Source: an uncultured Desulfosarcina sp. (GTDB lineage Bacteria > Desulfobacterota > Desulfobacteria > Desulfobacterales > Desulfosarcinaceae). From it: a DNA stretch of 64,000 nt. Shown here piece after piece: positions 1-10,241 of the stretch (position 1 is its first letter; every line of letters starts with the position of its first letter). Location: positions 2,048,001 through 2,112,000 of the forward strand of contig CAXXWQ010000003.1 of assembly GCA_963674945.2 (NCBI GenBank), read 5' to 3'. Position numbers and translations under genes: made by a program. The notes beneath the pieces are model-generated. The model had not been told where the DNA came from. It saw nothing but the letters and a program-made list of their open reading frames with translations, and did no database searches.

Positions 1-357
1 ATCATGGAAGCATGCCGGTTCAAATATTCTGATGTTGACGGTGACATAATTACCTTATGGACCCGAAAAAGCCGAAACAGCAATCTAACCCCGCGCCGGA
101 TACCGGTGCCAAACTGCATTGACGGACTTAAGGGAAAAGGGAAAGTTTTCCCTTATTCGGTTCTACCTCGATATTTGGAAAGAAAAATAACCAAGTTGAA
201 ATTGCCGGTATTCTCGTGGCACAACTTAAGGCACCGCCGCGCCTCTTTATGGGCTAATAGCGGTATGAGCCTGTTCGAGATATCCCACCGCCTGGGTCAT
301 TCCAACCTGAAAACGACCCAAGGGTATCTCCAATTACTCGGATTTACCAAATTTTAA
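1..357 (+). CDS. Tyrosine recombinase/phage integrase, C-terminal part (5' end outside the window)
   Basis: Frame is open from base 1. Catalytic motifs HNLRH (HxxR), LGH and TTQGY. Converges on the 3' end of a tRNA. Confidence 0.9.
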   Translation: MMEACRFKYSDVDGDIITLWTRKSRNSNLTPRRIPVPNCIDGLKGKGKVFPYSVLPRYLERKITKLKLPVFSWHNLRHRRASLWANSGMSLFEISHRLGHSNLKTTQGYLQLLGFTKF

Positions 358-390
358 ATTTTTTTCTTTAGCCATTCTTTAGCGGGAAGA

Positions 391-436
391 AATAAAAAAG
401 GGTACTAAGCTCAAAGCTAAGTACCCGATTTTATTT
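391..436. terminator. Bidirectional intrinsic-terminator-like hairpin between integrase and tRNA
   Basis: GGGTACTAAGC-TCAAA-GCTAAGTACCC (400-426, one mismatch) flanked by an A-tract and a T-rich tract. Confidence 0.6.
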
Positions 437-440
437 AAAG

Positions 441-513
441 TGCCGAGGGACAGAATCGAACTGCCGACACGGGGATTTTCAGTCCCCTGCTCTACCGACT
501 GAGCTACCTCGGC
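441..513 (-). tRNA. tRNA-Phe (GAA)
   Basis: Reverse complement GCCGAGGTAGCTCAGTCGGTAGAGCAGGGGACTGAAAATCCCCGTGTCGGCAGTTCGATTCTGTCCCTCGGCA folds as a cloverleaf with anticodon GAA and a GTTCGA T-loop. Full CCA is not encoded. Confidence 0.97.
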
Positions 514-557
514 GGGCTTTTCCGAAACGGTGGAACGTTGTTTCGAGAAAGGCAGCT

Positions 558-585
558 TATATACCGTTATCGGGAATCAAGTCAA
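558..585 (-). promoter_or_regulatory. sigma70-like promoter for tRNA-Phe
   Basis: Minus strand TTGACT-N16-TATATA about 45 nt upstream of the tRNA. Confidence 0.5.
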
Positions 586-607
586 GGGCTTTTTTGTTCA
601 TCGACCG

Positions 608-2398
608 TTAAAAACCATAGATCAGCGGGGACAGGGTAATCGTCATGATGGCGACGATGAGGGTCAAGACGGAGCCGATCTTGGCAAAATCGGTGAACTT
701 GTATTCGCCCGGTCCCCATATCATTAAATTGGTCTGATACCCGGTGGGGGTGATGAAGGCGCAGGAGGCCGATATCATCAGGGTGATGGCAAAGGGCATG
801 AAGTTGACCTCCAATTGCGATGCCGTGGAAAGGGCGATGGGAAACATGAAGGCCGCTGCGGCGTTGTTGGTGATCATGTTGGTCATGACGGAACAGCCCA
901 CGAAGATCACAAGCAGCGCCAGGTGCGGATTGTCTCCGCCCAGGGTTTTGAGCAACCCGGCGATCTGGTCCGCCAGACCGCTTCGGGTCACCGCCGATTC
1001 CAGGCCGATGGCGCAGGCGATGACCACCAGCGTTCCCCAATCGATACTTCGGGCTGCGGTGCGGAAGGTCAGACAGCCGGTGAGGAGCATGAGGCCGGTG
1101 GCCAGCAGACTGGCGTTGAGCATGCTCATCCAGCCCATTGCCACGACGAAGACCATTGCCAGGGTGATGAGGGTGGATTCCACGGCCCGGTCCGTGCGCT
1201 GGAGGTGAAAGCCGTCCAGGGCCTTGGTCATTGCGAAATGGTGATCGATCTGGCAGGCATAGAAAAAGTCGTCGTTGACCTCCAAAACGGCGTTGTCGCC
1301 GGCTTCGATGGTCACTTCCTCCAGAGGACCTTCCAGGGGCTTTCCATCCCGGGAAAGGGCGACGAATTTGTATTGGCAGGCATCCACATCCCTGTCAAGG
1401 TCGGGGATTTTTTTCCCCACGGAAGAACTTTGCCGTGAGACGACGGCCTTGACCAAGTGGTGGGTGTGCCGCTGGGTTTCCATGGGATTCAGGGTCAGGT
1501 GGGGCACTAGGTCATTGGTTCGCCACAATTCGACCATGGCGGTGTCGTCGGTGGAAAAGGAGATGAGGTCGCCAGCCTGCAACCGTTCGTGCATCAGGTC
1601 GTTGGTGAGGATCTTTCCGTCCCGCTGGATATAGAGCACCTGGACGTTGTCGCCGTTGGCGACTCCGGTCTCCTCCAGTGTTCGGCCGTCGATGCGGGAG
1701 CCCTGGCGGACCTCGAATTCCGCCGTATAGTGACGCAAGGCCGCGTCGGTATCCCGGTCCTCTTTGTTTCCGGTTAGAAAAAATCGACCTGCCAGGATCA
1801 TGAAACCGATGCCTACCACGGCGATAGGAATGGCCAACAGCGCAGGATCGAACATGTGCAGGGCACGGATTCCGGAAACATAGGTTCCATTGGAGATGGC
1901 CTCCATGACCAGGCCCGCGACGACCAGGTTGGTGGAGGTGCCGATGATCGTACACATGCCGCCCATGATCGATGCGAAGCTGAGGGGCATGTACAGTTGC
2001 TTGGCCGGTAGCCTGCCTGACCGGGAGATGTCACGGATCACCGGAATCATCATGGCCACCAGGGGCGTGTTGTTGAGAAACGCGCTTCCGAAGGCGACGG
2101 GGGGCAGGATTTTGATCTGGGCTCCTGCGACGGTGCGGGGCAGCCCGATGAGTTTGGCCATGATCATGGTGATGGCGCCTGTGGCATACATGCCGGCGGC
2201 TACCATGAAGAGAACGGCGACGGTGAGCATTCCCTGGTTGCTGAATCCCTTGAGCAGTTCATGGGCAGGCGCGAGCCGCAGTGTCAATGCGACGGTGAGT
2301 GCGCCGAGAAATATGGCCGGCGCCGGTATCTTCGTCTTGATGAGCAAGATGAAGAGCGCCAGCAGCAGAGCGAGGGTAATGTAGGCTGCCAGGGTCAT
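608..2398 (-). CDS. SLC13/DASS-family anion permease with TrkA-C (RCK-C) domains
   Basis: Multi-TM ends with SAFLNNTP, GTSTNLVV, TNMITNNAAA and TPTGYQTN motifs around a central soluble RCK-C region. Confidence 0.88.
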   Translation of the reverse strand: MTLAAYITLALLLALFILLIKTKIPAPAIFLGALTVALTLRLAPAHELLKGFSNQGMLTVAVLFMVAAGMYATGAITMIMAKLIGLPRTVAGAQIKILPPVAFGSAFLNNTPLVAMMIPVIRDISRSGRLPAKQLYMPLSFASIMGGMCTIIGTSTNLVVAGLVMEAISNGTYVSGIRALHMFDPALLAIPIAVVGIGFMILAGRFFLTGNKEDRDTDAALRHYTAEFEVRQGSRIDGRTLEETGVANGDNVQVLYIQRDGKILTNDLMHERLQAGDLISFSTDDTAMVELWRTNDLVPHLTLNPMETQRHTHHLVKAVVSRQSSSVGKKIPDLDRDVDACQYKFVALSRDGKPLEGPLEEVTIEAGDNAVLEVNDDFFYACQIDHHFAMTKALDGFHLQRTDRAVESTLITLAMVFVVAMGWMSMLNASLLATGLMLLTGCLTFRTAARSIDWGTLVVIACAIGLESAVTRSGLADQIAGLLKTLGGDNPHLALLVIFVGCSVMTNMITNNAAAAFMFPIALSTASQLEVNFMPFAITLMISASCAFITPTGYQTNLMIWGPGEYKFTDFAKIGSVLTLIVAIMTITLSPLIYGF

Positions 2399-2409
2399 AT
2401 GGTCTCAAC

Positions 2410-2500
2410 CAGTTATGAGTGATGCGTAATGAGTGATCAGTAACCAGCAATCAGTGATGCGTAATGAGTGATCGGTGAACCGAGAACTGTAAACAGTGAA
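2410..2500. repeat. Degenerate 7-bp tandem repeats (AGTGATG/C family merging into GTGAACC family)
   Basis: ATGAGTGATGCGTAATGAGTGATCAGTAACCAGCAATCAGTGATGCGTAATGAGTGATCGGTGAACCGAGAACTGTAAAC. Confidence 0.8.
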
Positions 2501-2501
2501 T

Positions 2502-3038
2502 TTAATAATTGGCGTCGGCAAATTCAAGCCAGCCACCGGCGGCTACCAGATCCGAATCGAATTTGGATATGGTGAAGGTGACGGTTTTCGATGTTTTACC
2601 TGTGGATAAGGTAATGGTGCCGGCCGTAAAATCGGTTTCGGCTACCGTATCGCGGCCTGCGAAGGTGGTGAACAACTCGTCGATGACATTCGGCGGCAGT
2701 TCCACGGCCATCATTCCGCAGTTGAACATATTCTGGCGAAAAATCCGGGCGAAGCTTTCCCCCACCACGATGTTGATGCCGTTGACCTCGAGTGCCCATG
2801 GGGCATGCTCCCGGGATGAGCCGCAGCCGAAATTGCCCCTCGTGACGATCACTCCCTTTCCTTTGATGTCGGAGGCCGAGTCGAACTCCTCTAAGTTGAG
2901 ATCTTCCAGAAGGTAGGGAGCAAGTGCCTCGCGGGAGATTTCCGTCAGGTACTTGGCAGGAATGATTTCGTCGGTGTTGATATCCGATCGGTCGAGAAAG
3001 AGCACGTTGCCGTTAAACGTTTTCATCAAAGTCTCCAT
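2502..3038 (-). CDS. leuD: 3-isopropylmalate dehydratase small subunit
   Basis: DINTDEIIPA, NFGCGSSREHAPWAL and SFARIFRQN motifs; downstream of leuC. Confidence 0.93.
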   Translation of the reverse strand: METLMKTFNGNVLFLDRSDINTDEIIPAKYLTEISREALAPYLLEDLNLEEFDSASDIKGKGVIVTRGNFGCGSSREHAPWALEVNGINIVVGESFARIFRQNMFNCGMMAVELPPNVIDELFTTFAGRDTVAETDFTAGTITLSTGKTSKTVTFTISKFDSDLVAAGGWLEFADANY

Positions 3039-3110
3039 ATTCTTCAGTCCAGAAAGCTCTGACTTTTGTACCGGGTTAGAGATGAATGGCTCATCAGTAA
3101 GATTGTCACG

Positions 3111-3318
3111 AGAATCCAGGAGTCAGAATTCAGGGCCGCCGCCGACCTTTGGCCGGTTTGAACGACAACTGAAACTATGCCATTTGGGCGTAGTTTCATA
3201 CGAGAATTCAGAACCCAGAATCATCCATTCGCCTTCGGTTCGATCCATTTGATCCAATCGGCGGAGCGAAGCGACTTCAAATTTCTTCCGGCCCCTGAAT
3301 ACAGGATTCAAGCTCCTG
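3111..3318. repeat. Composite REP/MITE-like element, copy 1
   Basis: About 95 bp nearly identical to 4750-4845. Contains hairpin TGAAACTATGCC-N5-GGCGTAGTTTCA (3170-3198) and core AATCGGCGGAGCGAAGCGAC (3256-3275). Confidence 0.85.
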
Positions 3319-3384
3319 CGGTCATGGCAAATCCTTTACCAGGAAAACGCGAAACCGGGTCCATTGGAACACGAATTCTACTCA

Positions 3385-4665
3385 CTACAGCCGTGATGCC
3401 TCGGCGATGGACCCGGCGATGGCCGTTGCCGCGGCGGTAGCCGGGCTCATCAGGTGGACCATTCCCCCCTTGCCCATGCGGCCGTTAAAGTTACGATTGG
3501 TGGTGGATGCACATACTTCGCCTTCGGCCAAGACCCCGTTGCTCATGCCCAGGCAGGCACCGCATGTGGGGTTGGTCACGCAAAATCCGGCATCCAGGAA
3601 AATCTGGATGATCCCCTCGGCAAGGGCCTGGTTGAACACTTTCGGTGTGGCGGGACTGACGATGGCCCGAACATGTTCGCTGATGCGTTTTCCTCGGAGC
3701 ACCCTGGCGGCGGCGCGAAGATCGCTGATGCGACCGTTGGTGCACGAACCGATGTAGACCTGGTCCACCTTTGTTCCGGCCATCTCGGAAACCGGTTTAA
3801 CGTTGTCCGGCTTGTATCCGAAAGTGACCACGGGCGTTAGATGGGAGACGTCGTGGTCGATGGTTTGGACGTAATCGGCATCGGAGTCAGGCAAATACTT
3901 CCCGTAGGTTTCAAGCGCCGCCTCGATACTGTCGAACTCATCCCCGATAAACGGCCAAAGGTATTCCACCGTGACCCGATCCGGTTCGCAGATCCCGCAG
4001 GTGCCTCCCGCCTCGATGGCCATGTTGCAAAGGGTCATGCGCGATTCCATGTCCATGGCCGTAACCATGGGACCGGCAAACTCGATCACCTTGTTCGTTG
4101 CGCCGTTGACGCCGATCCGGCCGATGACCGACAGGATGACGTCCTTGGCGTAAACGCCGTCCGGCAAGGTGCCCGTGATGTTGATGCGAATGGTTTCGGG
4201 GGTCTTGAATGCACAGACACCTTTTAAAATACCCACCTCCAGGTCCGTGGTGCCCACACCGGCGGCGAAGGCGCCGAAGGCGCCATGGGTGCAGGTGTGA
4301 GAATCGCCCATGATCACCGTATAGCCGGGGCGGACGTAACCCTTTTCCGGAAAGAGGGCATGACAGACCCCGTTGGCGCCGACATCGAAGAAGTCGACGA
4401 TATCGTGTCGCCTGGCCCAGTCCCGCAGGATCTTGCCCTGCATGGCGGTCTTGGAATCCTTGGCCGGTGTCACATGGTCGATGACCACCTTGATTTTCGA
4501 AGGATCGAAGACCCGGTCCTTTCCTCGATGCATCAGGTCCACGATGGCCGGTGGTGTCGTGATTTCGTGACAGAAGACGGCATCTAAGGCAAGTACGTGA
4601 ATTCCCGTATCCGGCGAACCCAGTCGATGATCGTCAAATATTTTTTGTGCAATGGTACGGCCCAT
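3385..4665 (-). CDS. leuC: 3-isopropylmalate dehydratase large subunit (short LeuC/HacA type)
   Basis: GDSHTCTHGA, IGSCTNGR, NPTCGACLG and STTNRNFNGRMG aconitase-family motifs. Confidence 0.93.
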   Translation of the reverse strand: MGRTIAQKIFDDHRLGSPDTGIHVLALDAVFCHEITTPPAIVDLMHRGKDRVFDPSKIKVVIDHVTPAKDSKTAMQGKILRDWARRHDIVDFFDVGANGVCHALFPEKGYVRPGYTVIMGDSHTCTHGAFGAFAAGVGTTDLEVGILKGVCAFKTPETIRINITGTLPDGVYAKDVILSVIGRIGVNGATNKVIEFAGPMVTAMDMESRMTLCNMAIEAGGTCGICEPDRVTVEYLWPFIGDEFDSIEAALETYGKYLPDSDADYVQTIDHDVSHLTPVVTFGYKPDNVKPVSEMAGTKVDQVYIGSCTNGRISDLRAAARVLRGKRISEHVRAIVSPATPKVFNQALAEGIIQIFLDAGFCVTNPTCGACLGMSNGVLAEGEVCASTTNRNFNGRMGKGGMVHLMSPATAAATAIAGSIAEASRL

Positions 4666-4749
4666 ATTGTTATTCCTTCTCTTCGTCTATAACGTCTGAT
4701 TCTCTGGAATAGGTCAGCGATAGATGGCCCTTGCGCAAGATTGTTAAAA

Positions 4750-4948
4750 GAATCCAGGAGTCGGAATTCAGCGCCGCAGACCTTTGGCCGGTTTGAAAGA
4801 CAACTGAAACTATGCCATTTTGGCGTAGTTTCATACGAGAATCCGGAATCAGGTTTTCGGCTTCGGCTCAATCCCAATCATATCAAATCGACGGAGCGAA
4901 GCGACATCCAAGTCATTCTGACTCCTGAATGCTGTCTCCTGACTCCTG
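4750..4948. repeat. Composite REP/MITE-like element, copy 2
   Basis: Same hairpin (4805-4833) and core (4886-4905) as copy 1, with inverted heptamer arms GAATCCA/GGAGTCG...TCCTGAC/TCCTGAA. Confidence 0.85.
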
Positions 4949-5020
4949 TGTTTCCCACGATCTTTGTGTATTTCCCTTCCAGTGGTCATCCAAAACCCGG
5001 AGCTTCCTGAACCCGTATTT

Positions 5021-6817
5021 TCACTCCGAGTCGGTCTTTAACACTGCGAGAAAAGCGGACTGGGGCAGCATCACCTGTCCCACCATCTTCATTCGCTTCT
5101 TTCCTTTTTTCTGTTTTTCCAGCAATTTTCGTTTGCGGGTGATGTCGCCGCCGTAGCATTTTGCCGTCACGTCCTTGCGGAAGGCCGATACGGTGGAGCG
5201 TGAGATGATCTTTCCGCCGATGGCGCCCTGAATGGCGATTTTGAACATCTGACGGGGGATTTCATCTTTCAGTTTGTCGCAGGCAACGCGTGCGCGTGAC
5301 ACGGCGTTCTCCCTGTGGATCAGCATGGAAAGCGCATCCACCCGTTCTCCGTTGATGAGAAAATCCAGCTTGACCAGATCGGTTTTTCGATACTCGATCA
5401 ACTCGTAGTCGAATGAGCCATACCCTTGTGTGATCGACTTGAGTTTGTCGTAAAAGTCGTAGATCACTTCGGCCAGGGGAAGTTCGAAAATCATCTCCAG
5501 TCGGTCGTTGGTCAGGTACTGGTAGTTCTTGTTGATGCCACGCCGTTCCAGGCAGAGCTTCATCACCGCGCCCATATAGCGGTCCGGAACCATGATGGAT
5601 GCCTTAATGTAAGGCTCCATGGCATACTCGATGCTCGTGGGGTCGGGATAGATGGCCGGGTTGTCGATCACCAGCTCTTCCCCGTCATTCATAATCAGCC
5701 GGTATCGCACCGAAGGGGCGGTGAGAATCAAGGAGAGGTCGTATTCCCGTTCCAGCCGCTCCTGGACCACTTCCAGGTGGAGCAATCCGAGAAAACCGCA
5801 TCGAAACCCGAATCCCAGTGCGGCACTGCTGTCCTTTTCGTAGATCAGCGAGGCGTCATTGAGTTTGAGCTTCTCCATGGCCACGGATAGGTCTTCGTAA
5901 GCATCGGAGGCCACCGGATAAATAGACGAGAAAACCACTGGTTTGGCTTCTTTAAAACCAGGCAGTGGCGCATCACAGGGGTGTTTGTGAAGGGTCACCG
6001 TATCGCCGCAACGGGTATCGCTCACTGTCTTGATGCCGGCGATCATGTAGCCCACTTCTCCGGCCGAAAGTTCTTTTCTCGGAACCCGAACGATCTGGAA
6101 GATGCCTACCTCCTCGACCCTGTATGTGGCGTCGTTGGAAATGAACCGTATTCGATCACCTGCCCGCAGCGTCCCCTCCTTGATGCGCAGATGGACGATG
6201 GTTCCACGGAAAGAATCATAATGGGAGTCGAATATCAGCCCCTGAAGCGGCTTTTCCGGGTCCCCAATCGGTGGCGGGAGCCTGTTGACCACCGCTTCCA
6301 TGATGTCCTGGATACCGATGCCCTCTTTTGCAGACGCCAGGATGGCCGTTTCCGACTCCAATCCCAGATCTTCCTCGATCTGGCCCTTGACCCGGTCGAT
6401 GTCGGCGGATGGCAGGTCGATCTTGTTGATCACCGGTATGATTTCCAGGTTGTGTTCCAGAGCGAGGTACAGGTTGGCCAGGGTCTGGGCCTCCACTCCC
6501 TGACTGGCATCGATCAGTAAAAGGGCGCCTTCGCACGAGGCCAGGGCCCGGGAAACCTCGTAGGTGAAATCCACATGTCCCGGCGTATCGATAAGGTTCA
6601 GGTCGTAGGTTTTGCCGTCTTTGGCCTTGTAAGGCAGGCAAACGGTCTGGCTCTTGATGGTGATGCCCCTTTCTCTTTCGATGTCCATGGAGTCCAGAAT
6701 CTGGTCCTTGAAATCCCTGTCCGAAATGATCTTGCTGGATTCGATCAGACGGTCCGAGAGGGTGGATTTGCCGTGGTCGATATGGGCGATGATGCTGAAG
6801 TTTCGTATGTTTTTCAT
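5021..6817 (-). CDS. lepA: Elongation factor 4 (LepA)
   Basis: [28 protein letters not shown] and [18 protein letters not shown] motifs. Start trimmed to ATG 6817. Confidence 0.97.
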   Translation of the reverse strand: MKNIRNFSIIAHIDHGKSTLSDRLIESSKIISDRDFKDQILDSMDIERERGITIKSQTVCLPYKAKDGKTYDLNLIDTPGHVDFTYEVSRALASCEGALLLIDASQGVEAQTLANLYLALEHNLEIIPVINKIDLPSADIDRVKGQIEEDLGLESETAILASAKEGIGIQDIMEAVVNRLPPPIGDPEKPLQGLIFDSHYDSFRGTIVHLRIKEGTLRAGDRIRFISNDATYRVEEVGIFQIVRVPRKELSAGEVGYMIAGIKTVSDTRCGDTVTLHKHPCDAPLPGFKEAKPVVFSSIYPVASDAYEDLSVAMEKLKLNDASLIYEKDSSAALGFGFRCGFLGLLHLEVVQERLEREYDLSLILTAPSVRYRLIMNDGEELVIDNPAIYPDPTSIEYAMEPYIKASIMVPDRYMGAVMKLCLERRGINKNYQYLTNDRLEMIFELPLAEVIYDFYDKLKSITQGYGSFDYELIEYRKTDLVKLDFLINGERVDALSMLIHRENAVSRARVACDKLKDEIPRQMFKIAIQGAIGGKIISRSTVSAFRKDVTAKCYGGDITRKRKLLEKQKKGKKRMKMVGQVMLPQSAFLAVLKTDSE

Positions 6818-6957
6818 TTTGCTATAGGATTCGTTGTAAACAAACCGAACGATGAAAGCACTATCGTGCTGTTGAATATCCGGCCGACGGAACGAATAGC
6901 CAAGCCCACCGCTTTGCCGATGGTCGTTGACTGGCCAATGTTGTTCCCATCTGCCGG

Positions 6958-6986
6958 TTGACACTAGAATTCAACATGGGTATAAT
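6958..6986 (+). promoter_or_regulatory. Consensus sigma70 promoter for the REC-GGDEF gene
   Basis: Exact TTGACA-N17-TATAAT about 90 nt upstream of the ATG. Confidence 0.8.
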
Positions 6987-7073
6987 TCATTTATTTCTTA
7001 AAAATTTTTATTAATATCAGATCGTTTTCGCACATGTCAACCCGTATCCCGACATGGTCTTTGGGTAGGTGAA

Positions 7074-7994
7074 ATGGCCTATATGACGCCTCACATCCTT
7101 ATCGTTGACGACGACCGTGACATTCGGGATTCCATGCACGAATACATCGAAATTTCCGGATTCGGGGCATCCGTGGCTTCCTGTGCGGAAGAGGCGCTCC
7201 ATGTTTTGTCCACAAACAACGTCGAGGTTGTCATTACCGATATCATGCTGCCCGGCATGGACGGACTGACGCTGACCGATCACATAAAACGCCTCCATGA
7301 GGTGGATGTGATCGTCATGACCAGCTACAGCACGGAATATTCCTACGAGGAGGCGATCAACAAAGGGGCAAGCGACTTCATTTTCAAGCCCGTTCGACTC
7401 GAGGAACTGGTATTACGACTCAAGCGGGTGCTCAAGGAACGGCAACTGAACCAAGAACGATTCCACATGTTGGAAAAGCTGAAAGAGCTTTCCATTACGG
7501 ACGGGTTGACCAAGCTGTATAATTCCCGGCATTTCTATGATCAGGTCAAGGGAGAAATAGAGCGCTTTAACCGATACGGCCACCAATTGAGCCTGCTTTT
7601 GCTGGATATCGACAACTTCAAGGATTTCAACGATACTCACGGCCACTTGGAAGGAGACAAGGTTCTCGTTCGCATCGCAAAGATCATTCGGTCCTGTCTT
7701 CGAAAGATGGACACCGCCTATCGTTACGGCGGCGAGGAGTTTACGATCATATTGCCGGGTACCCACGGCGAAGAAGCCCGGACAGTTGCCGAACGACTTC
7801 GATCTGCGGTGGCGGCCGAGGACTTCGGCCCGGATCCTGCTTCGCGGCTGAAGATCACCATCAGTATCGGTGTGACGCAATATTGCCAATCCGAAGAGAT
7901 ATCCAGTTTCGTTCAGCGCGCAGACAAAGCCATGTATAAGTCCAAACAGGCCGGTAGAAACCTGGTCTCATGTCTTTTTGACCCAGCTGGATGA
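7074..7994 (+). CDS. Response-regulator diguanylate cyclase (REC + GGDEF)
   Basis: ILIVDDD...ITDIMLPGMDG receiver domain; RYGGEEF active site with RKMD I-site. Confidence 0.93.
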   Translation: MAYMTPHILIVDDDRDIRDSMHEYIEISGFGASVASCAEEALHVLSTNNVEVVITDIMLPGMDGLTLTDHIKRLHEVDVIVMTSYSTEYSYEEAINKGASDFIFKPVRLEELVLRLKRVLKERQLNQERFHMLEKLKELSITDGLTKLYNSRHFYDQVKGEIERFNRYGHQLSLLLLDIDNFKDFNDTHGHLEGDKVLVRIAKIIRSCLRKMDTAYRYGGEEFTIILPGTHGEEARTVAERLRSAVAAEDFGPDPASRLKITISIGVTQYCQSEEISSFVQRADKAMYKSKQAGRNLVSCLFDPAG

Positions 7995-8309
7995 TAGCAT
8001 CACAGACTGTCCGCACAGTGGCGTGGGTATTGTAAGGCCCTCTCCAATGGAGGATTGCCGTCTTCAATATTTAACATCCCACCGGCAAGAAAAACATAAG
8101 AATTTGAACATAGAAGATCCAATATCGACGTTGAATAGTAAATTCTATCCTATATGAACGATGAAGCGAAGCGATCGAATTTTTCGAAAGTTGATGTTTA
8201 CCGATAGTAAAAAATGGCTTTCTGAAATTTTTGCCAATCAGGTTCGTCCCGAATCTCTTTGGTTTGTTTGGTTATCGTAACCTGCAAAGGAAGAAATGGG
8301 GGTGCATTC

Positions 8310-8834
8310 ATGGAACTACAGGGAAAAAAGATCGTTATCCTGGTGGAGACATTATACAACGAATTCGAATTCTGGTATCCTTTCTATCGCCTCAAGGAAG
8401 CCGGCGCTCAGGTCATCGTTGTGGGGTCCGGAAGTTCCGATACCTACGCCAGCAAGGCAGGACTATCGGTGACGGTGGATACCACGGCGGACCAGGTTGC
8501 GGTTGAAACGTACGATGGCGTGATCATACCCGGTGGATATGCACCGGACCACATGCGTCGTTATCCGGCAATGGTGAACCTGGTCAAAGAATTCTTTCAA
8601 ACGGGAAAGCTGGTCGCCGCCATCTGCCATGCCGGATGGATGCTTGTTTCCGCAGATGTTCTGCAAGGAAAGAAGGTGACCTCCTATTTTTCCATTCGGG
8701 ACGACATGGTCAACGCCGGTGGAAATTGGGTTGACGAACCGGTGGTGATCGACGGACATCTGGTGACCAGCCGCATGCCCGACGACCTCCCTTTTTTCAT
8801 GCAGGCCATCATACAAATTTTGGGGCCGGTATGA
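8310..8834 (+). CDS. PfpI/DJ-1 family (type 1 glutamine amidotransferase-like) protein
   Basis: IIPGGYAPD, AICHAGW and LVTSRMPDDL motifs. Start set at MELQGKK. Confidence 0.9.
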   Translation: MELQGKKIVILVETLYNEFEFWYPFYRLKEAGAQVIVVGSGSSDTYASKAGLSVTVDTTADQVAVETYDGVIIPGGYAPDHMRRYPAMVNLVKEFFQTGKLVAAICHAGWMLVSADVLQGKKVTSYFSIRDDMVNAGGNWVDEPVVIDGHLVTSRMPDDLPFFMQAIIQILGPV

Positions 8835-8981
8835 GTCGATTGTTGACGTCGAACGTTGAACGTCGGCGCGTCCAACCTCGGCAGATGCAATCGCTTCGCT
8901 CCACTACTGAAGAAGAAGTCCCAATCACCAAACGCCATATCACAATGAAAAAGCGTTGAAATCCCGCATTTTCATAAAATT

Positions 8982-9103
8982 CTAACTTTCTCCTAACATG
9001 TTTCTAACAATTCGCGGATAGATTGGAGCCACTTTGGCGTTGAGATTCGATGAAAATAAAACAAGTTAACATGATGCTAATCGAATCTTAACAAAAAACT
9101 AAC
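8982..9103 (+). promoter_or_regulatory. Putative Pho boxes (11-bp-periodic YTAAC direct repeats) upstream of pstS
   Basis: CTAAC at 8982, 8993, 9004; TTAAC/CTAAT/TTAAC/CTAAC at 9066, 9077, 9088, 9099. Confidence 0.7.
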
Positions 9104-9150
9104 AAACGGCACCTCGCCTTTAGAAAGAAACAAACGGAGGAAATCAGAAG

Positions 9151-9969
9151 ATGAAGAAACTAATTTTCACGATCGTGACCGTCATCGCAGCCGCGACGTT
9201 GAGTGTCGCCTCGGCAACGGCCGGTAACCTTGTCATTAAAGGATCGACCACGGTGCTGCCCATCTCCCAATTGGCTGTCGAAGCCTACATGAAAGCACAC
9301 CCGGATGTGAACATCTCCCTTTCCGGTGGCGGCTCCAGCAATGGCATCAAGGCCATCATCGACGGGTCCACCGACATCGCCAATGCCTCCCGCTTCATCA
9401 AGGACAAAGAGGTTGCCCTGGCCCAGGAAAAAGGGGTGTACCCGGTACCGTTCGCCGTTGCATACGACTCCATCATTCCGGTGGTTCATCCCAGCAACAA
9501 CCTGACGGCCATCACTTCCGCCCAGCTCAAGGACATCTACATGGGCAAGATCACCAATTTCAAAGAGATCGGCGGTCCGGATCTCAAAATCGTCATCTGC
9601 TCCCGGGACACCTCTTCGGGCACCTATGAAACCTGGGAAGGGAAAATCATGAAAAAGGAGCGGGTCACCCCCCGTGCCCAGGTAATGGCCTCCAACGGTG
9701 CCATCGTCCAGGCCGTTTCCAACAACAAACACGCCATCGGCTACATCGGCATCGGCTACGTAAGCGATGCCGTCAAGGCCCTGAAGGTGGACGGCGTCGA
9801 AGGCACCAAGGAGAGCACGTTGAACGGAACTTTTCCCATCAGCCGGCCGTTGTTCATGTTCACCAACGGATGGCCCAAGGGTGACACCTTGAACTTCGTC
9901 AACTACATGCTTCACCCTGAAAAAGGTCAAAAACACGTGGAGAAGAGTGGATACGTACCGCTGTACTAA
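9151..9969 (+). CDS. pstS: Phosphate ABC transporter substrate-binding protein
   Basis: Signal peptide, GSTTVLP, GGGSSNG and SRDTSSGT motifs; operon context. Confidence 0.93.
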   Translation: MKKLIFTIVTVIAAATLSVASATAGNLVIKGSTTVLPISQLAVEAYMKAHPDVNISLSGGGSSNGIKAIIDGSTDIANASRFIKDKEVALAQEKGVYPVPFAVAYDSIIPVVHPSNNLTAITSAQLKDIYMGKITNFKEIGGPDLKIVICSRDTSSGTYETWEGKIMKKERVTPRAQVMASNGAIVQAVSNNKHAIGYIGIGYVSDAVKALKVDGVEGTKESTLNGTFPISRPLFMFTNGWPKGDTLNFVNYMLHPEKGQKHVEKSGYVPLY

Positions 9970-10055
9970 TCACATTTTTAACCTTGGGTTTATACCCGAG
10001 CGATTCGAAGAGTTTCTGACCAATCCTGTTAGGAGCTATATCGGCAAACGTTTTT

Positions 10056-10182
10056 AACATCGAACATTGAACGTCGAACGCCCAACGTCGAATGAGGAGA
10101 TGCTTTGCTCCGTCGATTGATATAAAAACGACAGAATTCCTTATTCGATGTTCGAAGTTGGACGTTCCGTGTTCGATATTCG
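10056..10182. repeat. Inverted AACGTCG-family heptamer arrays flanking the GCTTYGCTCCGTCGATT core
   Basis: AACATCG-AACATTG-AACGTCG-AACGCCC-AACGTCG ... CGATGTT-CGAAGTT-GGACGTT-CCGTGTT-CGATATT; core at 10102-10118. Confidence 0.8.
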
Positions 10183-10241
10183 TCGCTCTGGTTTCTGGTC
10201 ATCTTCGAGAGGACTTCATTAGACCATCCATAGGAAGTGCC

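Noticed and set aside
3123..3311. Small ORFs sharing FSYETTPKWHSFSC (also 4584-4877), suggestive of a peptide family or leu attenuator
   Set aside because: The similarity comes from the duplicated DNA repeat; there is no Leu-codon run or convincing RBS.
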